DNA from: an uncultured Thermococci archaeon
GTDB taxonomy: Archaea; Methanobacteriota_B; Thermococci; Thermococcales; Thermococcaceae
DNA length: 12,438 bases
NCBI GenBank assembly: GCA_964487115.1
Contig: CAZAPD010000079.1
Coordinates: forward strand, 1 to 12,438
Direction of reading: 5' to 3'
Shown: positions 1 to 7,369 of the stretch, in pieces
How the letters are laid out: each line of letters begins with the position of its first letter
How positions within the stretch are numbered: the stretch's first letter is position 1
The notes under the pieces: generated by a model
Databases searched by the model: none
What the model was told of the DNA's origin: nothing
Seen by the model: only the letters and a program-made list of their open reading frames with translations
Translations under genes and position numbers: made by a program

Positions 1-237
1 CTCCCTCTGGAAAGGCTGCAGGAGCTGGTGGAGAAAGCCGGGGGACATATCCTCAAAAGCGGAGCCTTTGAACCGGGCCTGCCACACTACCTCGCATATA
101 TCCCCAGGGAGTACGTGGCACAGATAAAGGATGAGAAAAAACGTGTCGAACTCCTAAAACGCTGGGATAGAGCATATGAAAAGTGGAAGAGAGGAGCGGA
201 GCATCCGCCGGTAGGGTGGCTGGTGGCAAGGAATTAA
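1..237 (+). CDS. 3' end of a CDS truncated by the window edge; conserved Thermococcales-type protein, possibly a class I SAM-dependent methyltransferase
   Basis: Frame is open from base 1 (LPLERLQELVEKAGGHILKSG...HYLAYIPREYV...RWDRAYEKWKRGAEHPPVGWLVARN) to TAA at 235-237, so the GTG at 28 is probably internal. Relatively GC-rich (35/60 in bases 1-60). The methyltransferase call rests on recalled similarity only; no SAM motif lies in the window. Confidence 0.5.
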   Translation, partial: LPLERLQELVEKAGGHILKSGAFEPGLPHYLAYIPREYVAQIKDEKKRVELLKRWDRAYEKWKRGAEHPPVGWLVARN

Positions 238-247
238 AATTAAAACT
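237..247 (+). repeat. 11-bp direct repeat AAATTAAAACT, left copy
   Basis: Identical to 7718-7728 and spans the lrp stop codon. Confidence 0.6.
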
Positions 248-749
248 TGATTTTGAATGACTTATACCATGCTTTTGGACTGCCGATCGCAGGATATACC
301 ATATACCTTTCAACAGCGTTGTTGTTTCTTAGGAATTTGTCTATATGATATTTCAGCTTTTCATTGTTGCTCTCAAGGAATCTGAGAAGAACGTCGTAAT
401 CTCCACCGAGATATTCCGTCACCTCGTATATCCTCGGATTATTAATGGCCTCTGTCAGGAACTCGTTTATCTCCTCTATCTTTGCGTGTTGATTCAGCTT
501 TACCATTACATCTGCATATGCTACATCCGCTGCCCTTAAAAGTAAAAGTCCGATGATCTGCAGATATCCCTTCTCCTGAAGTCTCATCCTGCGACGTCGA
601 ACGGTGGTTATAGACACTCCAATCCTCTTTGCTATCTCAGTGTCACTCATCCTGCCGTTTTCTCTCAATGCCTGATATATTTTAAGGTCAATGTCATCTA
701 ATTTATTCTTGAAAATGCTCTTCAGTACTAAAACTTCCTCATCTTCCAT
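240..749 (-). CDS. Lrp/AsnC (feast/famine) family transcriptional regulator
   Basis: N-terminal HTH LDDIDLKIYQALRENGRMSDTEIAKRIGVSITTVRRRRMRLQEKG and a C-terminal RAM-like effector domain (IYEVTEYLGGDYDVLLR). Start is ATG 749 (GAAGGA upstream) or ATG 764 (possibly leaderless). Confidence 0.92.
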   Translation of the reverse strand: MEDEEVLVLKSIFKNKLDDIDLKIYQALRENGRMSDTEIAKRIGVSITTVRRRRMRLQEKGYLQIIGLLLLRAADVAYADVMVKLNQHAKIEEINEFLTEAINNPRIYEVTEYLGGDYDVLLRFLESNNEKLKYHIDKFLRNNNAVERYMVYPAIGSPKAWYKSFKIKF

Positions 750-787
750 GTTAATTCCTTCCATGTGAATAATTTCGCCATTAATCT

Positions 788-803
788 AAAATAAATTTTT
801 CGC
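788..803 (-). promoter_or_regulatory. Putative BRE/TATA promoter of the Lrp/AsnC gene
   Basis: Minus strand reads GCGAAAAA-TTTATTTT, with the TATA-like element 24-31 nt upstream of ATG 764, which is typical archaeal spacing. Confidence 0.55.
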
Positions 804-844
804 ATTTTTGAAATTCTAAAATTAATTTCATCCAAATATGTTCT

Positions 845-859
845 AAAAAGATTAAAAGG
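845..859 (-). terminator. Putative oligo-T terminator of the hyuA-hyuB-peptidase-permease operon
   Basis: CCTTTTAATCTTTTT on the minus strand starting 5 nt after the permease stop codon. Confidence 0.45.
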
Positions 860-864
860 AGACC

Positions 865-2181
865 TCAGGAGAGCCAGTGCTTTGGTGTAAACTGATCCGG
901 AGCTACTGAGGCTTTTATCCTCATCAGGACATAATAAACAATGCCTGTTAAGATGAATGTCTGTATTGGAGGTATGCCGACAAAATGCTTGTACTGCATA
1001 TAGTATCCAAATATAATGCCGATTGCCAGAGACACAGTTGCTATCCAATTCCAGCCTTCAATGTCCTCCCACTCTTCTTTCCTGAGAATAAAGAAATCCA
1101 CCATTATGATTGCAGCCATTGCTGGGAAGACTATACCAAGGAGCAAGAGGAATTGCATATATTTCCCAAGGATTCCTGCAAGGGCTAAGATTATTCCTAT
1201 CACTGTTAGGGCTGCTGTTGCTACAGCCCTCCCCCTGCCAGTTCTTAGATTAAGCATATTCGAGAGTGCCAGTCCCGGTGTATATACGTTGACTATCTGA
1301 GTTGTCCATTGAGCGATGAACATCATAAAGTAAGCCCAGAACGGATATCCCAGTGCTACCATTACTGCAACAATATCCCATGAACCTACACCTACTGCCA
1401 TTATAGCACCAACGATCATGAGCACAAAGCCCACCATCATTGTTAGTGATGGCATAAGCACTGCATCTTTCCATGTAGGCTTGCACATTCTGCTGTAATC
1501 TGATATCATAACCCACTGACACACGTTGACACCTATTACTGTTGAAACAGCTAAACTCCATGCCATTGCATGTGAAGGCTTCCAGTTAGCTATACCTGCC
1601 ACACCATGAAGTTTTATTGAGAGATAAACACCCAGTCCAAATATAAACAGTCCTATTGGAACCGCTAGATAATCAGTCCACTTTATTGAAGTATAACCTA
1701 TAATTGCTGGAATTGCAAAGATAACTCCAAGTATCAGGGTTATAACTGCCCATGCGGCCCAGTTTGCTTGGTAGTTAATGCCTAAAGCCGCACATATGGC
1801 ATTCCCCATAACTGCAGTTTGAATTCCCCACCATCCAAGACCCATCAAAATCACTGCAAGTGCTATTAAAGTCCTTGCTTGAAGACTGCCGAAAGCCTGT
1901 CGTGCTATAACTGTCGATGGTCTCCCAACTTTTGCACCAATGTATGCTTGGAGTGCATCTCCTATCCATGTGATAAAAAGGGCCAGAGCCACAACCGCTG
2001 CAACTTCTTTAACACTTAAACCTTTGACGAGTCCTGCTCCTACCATTACAACAGGAAGACAGAACTCGACTCCTGCATAGACTACTGCTGGACTTATCCA
2101 TGATTCTCTGCTTGTCAGTGGCACCATGTCTATAGCCTTATCCTTTTCTTCAGATGCCTTCAACTTTTCTACTACTCCCAA
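865..2181 (-). CDS. NCS1-family (cytosine/hydantoin permease-like) nucleobase:cation symporter
   Basis: 438 aa with about 12 hydrophobic segments. NCS1 hallmarks include IGAKVGRPSTVIARQAFGS, GWWGIQT, ISDYSR and QWTTQIVNVY. TTG start with a strong SD GGAGGTG. Confidence 0.9.
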   Translation of the reverse strand: MGVVEKLKASEEKDKAIDMVPLTSRESWISPAVVYAGVEFCLPVVMVGAGLVKGLSVKEVAAVVALALFITWIGDALQAYIGAKVGRPSTVIARQAFGSLQARTLIALAVILMGLGWWGIQTAVMGNAICAALGINYQANWAAWAVITLILGVIFAIPAIIGYTSIKWTDYLAVPIGLFIFGLGVYLSIKLHGVAGIANWKPSHAMAWSLAVSTVIGVNVCQWVMISDYSRMCKPTWKDAVLMPSLTMMVGFVLMIVGAIMAVGVGSWDIVAVMVALGYPFWAYFMMFIAQWTTQIVNVYTPGLALSNMLNLRTGRGRAVATAALTVIGIILALAGILGKYMQFLLLLGIVFPAMAAIIMVDFFILRKEEWEDIEGWNWIATVSLAIGIIFGYYMQYKHFVGIPPIQTFILTGIVYYVLMRIKASVAPDQFTPKHWLS

Positions 2182-2212
2182 ATTTCACACCTCCATCAAG
2201 TTATACGCGTAA

Positions 2213-3307
2213 TTAAAGAGAGAGAAATTCTCTTTCAGCTTTTGTTAATCTCTCCCCTCTTCCATTCAACACCGCTACATCATCCTCAATCCGAATTCCA
2301 AATTTTCCGGGAAGATAAATCCCCGGCTCAATCGTGAAGACCATACCCTCGGCGAGAATTGTAGAATTTCCTGGGGATATATATGGTTCCTCATGCACAT
2401 CTAAACCTAAGCCGTGACCGGTTCTGTGGGTAAAGCATTCACCATAACCAGCTCTCACTATATACCCCCTTGCCGTCCGGTCAACATCTCCAGCAGTTAC
2501 GCCTTCTCTCACAGTTTGAAACGCCTTCTCTTGGGCTTCTTTCACTATTTCATACACTGTCTTCGCTTCTTCAGAAGGTTCACCAACAAACACTGTTCTT
2601 GTTATGTCAGAGCAGTAACCCCTGTATTTAGCTCCATAATCGAGGACAATAACATCTCCCTGCCTGATTTTCCGATCGGTTGGTCTGTGATGAGGATTCG
2701 CACCGTTTGGTCCTGATGCTACAATTGGTTCAAAAGAGACTCCATCCGCACCGAGGCTTTTTACGAGATACTCAATCCATGCCGCAAGCTCCTTCTCGCT
2801 TCTACCCTCGATTCCTTCTTCTAAGAGATTGTAGAAGACTTTATCGACAATTTTTGCCGCTTTTTTAAGGAGTTTGACCTCTTCTTCACTTTTAATGACT
2901 CTGAGTCCTGAGAGGAGCGAGTTGAGAGTATCAAGCTTGTAGCTCTGCAGAAATTCAGCCTTCAAAAGAGTTCCAACTGGCATGGTGTCATCCACCAGTA
3001 GTCTCCCCTTCTCAGGGAAATTCTTAGCCAGAATGCTGGCAAACAGCGCGTAGGGATTCTCGCCATCCCGCCACAGAAAAACTCTGCCAAGCTCCCAGCT
3101 GTCGAGCTCATTTTCATACAGTTGGGGTGCTATTATACTCGGCTCCTCTTCCGCCGGAATAAGCAGAAGAAAAAGCCTCTCAAGTGATCCAAGAGGGTTT
3201 ATTCCTGTGAGATAATAGAAATTGGAGCCGGGGGCAACAAGAGCCCCCACAGCCTCCTCTTTTCTCATAACCTCCTGAAGTTTTGAAATTCTTTTCCTGT
3301 AGTCCAT
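2213..3307 (-). CDS. M24B metallopeptidase (Xaa-Pro dipeptidase/aminopeptidase P family)
   Basis: Creatinase/prolidase N-domain (NFYYLTG) plus pita-bread domain with all five metal ligands: LDYG, SDITRT, GHGLG, TIEPG, RIEDD. Also NPHH and VHEEP. The start (ATG 3307 or GTG 3310) overlaps the hyuB TGA; SD GGAGG at 3316-3320. Confidence 0.93.
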   Translation of the reverse strand: MDYRKRISKLQEVMRKEEAVGALVAPGSNFYYLTGINPLGSLERLFLLLIPAEEEPSIIAPQLYENELDSWELGRVFLWRDGENPYALFASILAKNFPEKGRLLVDDTMPVGTLLKAEFLQSYKLDTLNSLLSGLRVIKSEEEVKLLKKAAKIVDKVFYNLLEEGIEGRSEKELAAWIEYLVKSLGADGVSFEPIVASGPNGANPHHRPTDRKIRQGDVIVLDYGAKYRGYCSDITRTVFVGEPSEEAKTVYEIVKEAQEKAFQTVREGVTAGDVDRTARGYIVRAGYGECFTHRTGHGLGLDVHEEPYISPGNSTILAEGMVFTIEPGIYLPGKFGIRIEDDVAVLNGRGERLTKAEREFLSL

Positions 3308-5040
3308 CACCCCTGCCTCCTCTGTTTTCTTAATGATTTCGTCTTTTCCCAGTCAATCTCCATCCGCTGGGGATCAATTACTACGCCGTAGACTTCCTTC
3401 GCAACTTCAAGAGAAATCAGGTCATTCCTGTAATCCTCCAAGACAAGCTCCGGATCCCTCTCTAAGGGATCACCCCACCCTCCACCTCCAGAAGTCCTGA
3501 TGCTTATTAGGTCTCCTTTCCTCAAAAGCTCAGCTGAGATTCTGCGTATTTCCTCTCCCTTTCCATCTCTGTAAACAATGACCCTGTTACCGGGTCCGGG
3601 GAGTCCCCCCTCAACACCCCAAGGCGGAAAGTCGTGCCTTCCAACCTGAATCGTAACCAATGCCTGACTGTTTAGGATTCTGTACTCTCTAATGACACCA
3701 AAGCCACCTCTGTGCTTTCCATGACCAACTCCATCCTCAACGTTCAGCATGTATCTCTCCACGAGAATCGGGAAGTTTCGCTCGTAGACTTCAGATGAAG
3801 CTATGTATGTTTCGCCATCTCCACACGCAACGAGACCGCTCGTTCCATCCATGTCGTAACCCGCACCCCATCCTCCCGGCTGGGGTTCGACTATAGCAAA
3901 AGGTTCACCTGTCCGGTCATTTATACCGCCGACTATCGTTGCTATTATTGAGAGGAAATGTCCTGCGGTTAGCTTTTCCGGAACGTGAGGAGCTAAGGCC
4001 TTCCAGACTAAGTCTGTTGCAAAGGCTATGGCTTCCCAGTCCGTTGACGTTGGAGCAGGCTTTATCGGGTGGAATATAGTTCCTTCAGGAGCTATGACCT
4101 TTAAAGGACTGAAGAACCCGCCATTCGGATAGGCATGGGGATCGGTTATCGCCATGTAGACCTCCCTAACCCCTGAAACTGTTGCCGGATAAGGCGAGTT
4201 TATAGGACTCATTACTTGCTCGGCGCTTCCAGTGAAGTCAACGATAAATTCCTCATCCGTTATTGTGATTTTCGCTCTGACATAAACAGGTTCATCCGTC
4301 CCAGCGATTGAGCTGTCTATGTAATCCTCTGCCTCAAACTCTCCCTTCGGCAGTTCTTTAAGCTTCAGAGAAGCATATTTTCTGCCATCATCAAGAAGTT
4401 TTTTCATTGCCAGCAAAACATTATCAACACCGTATTTCTCAATAAGAGTTTGTATCCTCTTCTCTGCGACCTTCATCGATGCTGCCTGAGCTTCCATATC
4501 TCCCAAGGTGTACTCAGGCAACCTTGAGTTTTCAAGGATTATGTCTATTACATCCTTGTTGGGCTTTCCCTCCTTGTAGAGTTTCACGCATGGCAGCTGA
4601 ATTCCCTCCTGATATATCTCAGTGGCATTGGGATTCCAGCTTCCGAAAGCCATACCTCCAACTTCAGTCCAGTGTCCTTTGTTCAGAATCATCCCAATGA
4701 GTTCATCCCTGTAGAAAACTGGAAGAGCCAGCGTTACATCGTTTAAGTGTGTTCCCGATTCGTAGGGCACATTACTCACGATGACGTCCCCTGGATGGAG
4801 ATTGTTCCCCCATTTATCCAGCACTTCCCTGGCAGCAAAGTCCAGAACCCCAGAGAACGCAGGAACACCCGGTGCCTGTGCGATTAAGTTGCCTTTAGAA
4901 TCCGTCATCCCCACGGCAAAATCGAGAACCTCATAGATAACCGGACTCTTGGCAGTTCTTGCAAAGGCTTGGAACATCTCCTCGTTAGCAACTACAAGGC
5001 CATTCTTTATTATCTCCAGGGTAAAGGGATCCACGCTCAT
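3307..5040 (-). CDS. hyuB: Hydantoinase B/5-oxoprolinase-family subunit (metal-binding amidohydrolase subunit of an ATP-dependent lactamase)
   Basis: DPFTLEII N-terminus, SNVPYESGTHLND, HWTEVGG, EIYQEG, DFTGS, GGWGA, GKHRGG and SGGGGWGDPLERDP motifs. SD AGGAGGTGA lies in the end of hyuA. The symbol denotes the family, not the substrate. Confidence 0.93.
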   Translation of the reverse strand: MSVDPFTLEIIKNGLVVANEEMFQAFARTAKSPVIYEVLDFAVGMTDSKGNLIAQAPGVPAFSGVLDFAAREVLDKWGNNLHPGDVIVSNVPYESGTHLNDVTLALPVFYRDELIGMILNKGHWTEVGGMAFGSWNPNATEIYQEGIQLPCVKLYKEGKPNKDVIDIILENSRLPEYTLGDMEAQAASMKVAEKRIQTLIEKYGVDNVLLAMKKLLDDGRKYASLKLKELPKGEFEAEDYIDSSIAGTDEPVYVRAKITITDEEFIVDFTGSAEQVMSPINSPYPATVSGVREVYMAITDPHAYPNGGFFSPLKVIAPEGTIFHPIKPAPTSTDWEAIAFATDLVWKALAPHVPEKLTAGHFLSIIATIVGGINDRTGEPFAIVEPQPGGWGAGYDMDGTSGLVACGDGETYIASSEVYERNFPILVERYMLNVEDGVGHGKHRGGFGVIREYRILNSQALVTIQVGRHDFPPWGVEGGLPGPGNRVIVYRDGKGEEIRRISAELLRKGDLISIRTSGGGGWGDPLERDPELVLEDYRNDLISLEVAKEVYGVVIDPQRMEIDWEKTKSLRKQRRQG

Positions 5041-5044
5041 TCAA

Positions 5045-7117
5045 TCACCTCCTATAAATGACGATGTTTCCATACTTATCCCTCACAAGCTCCTGATTTT
5101 CGAGAACGAGAACTGTTGAAGTCGGATCTTCAAGAATAGCAGGTCCATTGATTTTCTTTTCTATCGGTATCTTCCTTCTGTCAAACACCGGCATGTTGAT
5201 GAAATCCCCATGTATGAAGACATTTCTGTACTCTCTGATGGCGTCCTTTACAGAAAGATTCTCCTCTTTGATCTCCCGTATAGCCGGCCGCTTGACTTTC
5301 ACAACCCCAACTCCGTGGAAGTTCACTATCTCAACCGGGCTGTCCGGGAGTCTGAAACTGTATGCTCTCTCATGATACACATGGAATCTCTCAATGATAT
5401 GTGGTATGTCTTTCTCCTCAATAGTTCCAGTCTTCACCGGCACTTTGACCGTGTGCTCCTGACCCTTGTACCTCATGTCGGCGTAGTGGAATATCACCAG
5501 CTCTTTGGCGCTGAGGCCTTCCTCCTCTTCAAAGATCCTGGTTAGTCTTTTGTCGACCTCGGAATAGGTTTCATTGATGGCCTCGATGTTTTCAACCTCA
5601 ACCTTAAGAACGTTCGTTGTTATCACATCGTGCCGTATATCCGTGAGCAGCATTCCCCACGCCGAGAAAACTCCAGGTGGTATGGTTGGGATGATTATCT
5701 TTTTAATCTCCAAATCCTCAGCTATGAATGGAGCAAACATCGGACCGGAACCACCGTGAGCTATTAGAGAGAATTCCCTGGGATCATAACCTTTCTGAAC
5801 CGATATCAATCTTATTGCATTTGCCGCGTTTTCATTTGCGATTTTAACGATTCCTTCAGCGGCTTCCTCAACAGAAATGTTGTAGTAATCAGCTATCTTC
5901 TTCACGGCTTTTACTGCCAGATCTCTGTATATCTTCATCTCACCACCGAGGAGATATTCAGGGTTAATGAGGCCGTTTATTACGTATGCATCGGTAACTG
6001 TTGGCTCTTTACCTCCTTTCCCGTAGCAAGCTGGCCCGGGATCAGCCCCCATAGCCTTAGGTCCAACCCTAAGGTTGCCAACTTCATCAATCCACGCTAT
6101 GCTTGTGCCACCATTTCCAACTTCTTCGATCTCAATCACAGGAACCTTCACTGGATATCCCGGATTGAACTTATCCCGCCCAACAAAATACTCACTGTGA
6201 ACTTTTGGCGTTAGATTTTCAACGAGACTGGCCTTCGTAGTTGTACTGCCTCCATCAAGAATTATCACATTTCTTTCATTCAACAATTCAGCTATCGCTA
6301 TACCCCCTATAACACCAGCAATCGGACCGGACTCTATGGAGTATATCGGGAACTCTTTGACAAAATCAAACGATGCCATTCCGCCGTTGGACAGCATGGA
6401 GAAGAAGGATCCCTCATATCCCATGCCCCGTATTTCTCGCTCAAGTATTGAAAGATAGCGTGTCATTTTGGGTTTAACAAAAGCATTAAGAACCGCCGTA
6501 CTGGTGCGTTCGTATTCACCCCACTCTCTGGTGATTTCATGAGCCAGCGTTACAGGAATATCCTCCTTTCCCTCTTCTTTCAGAACCTCTTTTACTATCT
6601 CCCCAGCCTCGATTTCATGCTCTGGATTTGCATATGAATTGAGGAAACTTATGCATATCGATTCAACACCCTCTTTAAGGAGTCTCCTTACAGCTTTCCG
6701 CACTTCTTCTGCATTTAATGGCTTGAGCTCAGTACCATCACCCAAGACCCTTTCATCAATCTCAAGACTGAGATATCGGGGGACAAAGGGCTTGGGTTTT
6801 TTGTATCTGAAATTATACATATCCCTCCTATTTGCTCTCTGGAGTTCTAAGATGTCCCTGTGACCCCAAGTAGTCAGCAGCCCGACTTTGGCCCCATCCC
6901 TTGTTATGATGGAATTTATAACGAGAGTCTGGCCGTGAATAACCATAGTTACCTTGGACATGTCTAACTTGCTCTTCTTCACGGTGTTCAGAACACCTAT
7001 AGATGGCTCGGACGGTGTGGTTTCTCCTTTTACCCAAACAAAATCGCCGCTTTCATCATTATATCCAACCAGATCTGTGAAAGCACCACCGATATCAACA
7101 CCCAGCCGATACCCCAT
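5045..7117 (-). CDS. hyuA: Hydantoinase A/5-oxoprolinase-family subunit (ATP-binding subunit)
   Basis: 690 aa from ATG 7117 (SD AGGAGG at 7125-7130). Motifs GVDIGGAFTD, EYERTSTAVLNA, ESGPIAG, ADPGPACYGKGGKEPTVTDA, VFSAWG and DMRYKGQ. The 39-codon upstream extension in the ORF track runs through the AT-rich promoter. Confidence 0.94.
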   Translation of the reverse strand: MGYRLGVDIGGAFTDLVGYNDESGDFVWVKGETTPSEPSIGVLNTVKKSKLDMSKVTMVIHGQTLVINSIITRDGAKVGLLTTWGHRDILELQRANRRDMYNFRYKKPKPFVPRYLSLEIDERVLGDGTELKPLNAEEVRKAVRRLLKEGVESICISFLNSYANPEHEIEAGEIVKEVLKEEGKEDIPVTLAHEITREWGEYERTSTAVLNAFVKPKMTRYLSILEREIRGMGYEGSFFSMLSNGGMASFDFVKEFPIYSIESGPIAGVIGGIAIAELLNERNVIILDGGSTTTKASLVENLTPKVHSEYFVGRDKFNPGYPVKVPVIEIEEVGNGGTSIAWIDEVGNLRVGPKAMGADPGPACYGKGGKEPTVTDAYVINGLINPEYLLGGEMKIYRDLAVKAVKKIADYYNISVEEAAEGIVKIANENAANAIRLISVQKGYDPREFSLIAHGGSGPMFAPFIAEDLEIKKIIIPTIPPGVFSAWGMLLTDIRHDVITTNVLKVEVENIEAINETYSEVDKRLTRIFEEEEGLSAKELVIFHYADMRYKGQEHTVKVPVKTGTIEEKDIPHIIERFHVYHERAYSFRLPDSPVEIVNFHGVGVVKVKRPAIREIKEENLSVKDAIREYRNVFIHGDFINMPVFDRRKIPIEKKINGPAILEDPTSTVLVLENQELVRDKYGNIVIYRR

Positions 7118-7200
7118 ATTTTCGCCTCCTGAATTTTTGATGTTTAAATTTTTCATAATATATGCCCAAATTACATACAAATACGAAAATATGTTAATAT

Positions 7201-7217
7201 TATTTAAATATTTTTGG
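7201..7217 (-). promoter_or_regulatory. Putative BRE/TATA promoter of the hyuA operon
   Basis: Minus strand reads CCAAAAATA-TTTAAATA. A second candidate, GAAAAA-TTTAAACA (7154-7141), would place the start site downstream of the SD, so it is less likely. Confidence 0.5.
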
Positions 7218-7306
7218 ACAAAATTTAACTTCAAATGTTATGGGAGATGCAGTAAAATCAGTTGTTGAAGCTAAATTTATGCATTTATTTGAGTTAAAAC
7301 TTAACA

Positions 7307-7322
7307 CATAACCCTTTTATAG
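7307..7322 (+). promoter_or_regulatory. Putative BRE/TATA promoter of the cupin gene
   Basis: CATAACCC-TTTTATAG, with SD GGGAGG at 7355-7360 ahead of ATG 7370. Confidence 0.5.
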
Positions 7323-7369
7323 AACCAAATTTGACAAAAACTTGAAATTCGGATGGGAGGTAAATAGTA

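Noticed and set aside
2204..2211. Palindrome TACGCGTA between the peptidase and permease genes
   Set aside because: Only 8 bp with no loop or supporting context; expected by chance.
2213..3307. Creatinase / creatinine degradation interpretation of the cluster
   Set aside because: The M24 protein keeps all five metal ligands, whereas creatinases are metal-independent. No creatinine deaminase or carbamoylsarcosine amidase is in the block.
7118..7234. 39-aa N-terminal extension of HyuA in the ORF track (729 aa)
   Set aside because: It is an N/I/K/Y-rich read-through of the AT-rich promoter. The SD AGGAGG and the family N-terminal motif support ATG 7117.
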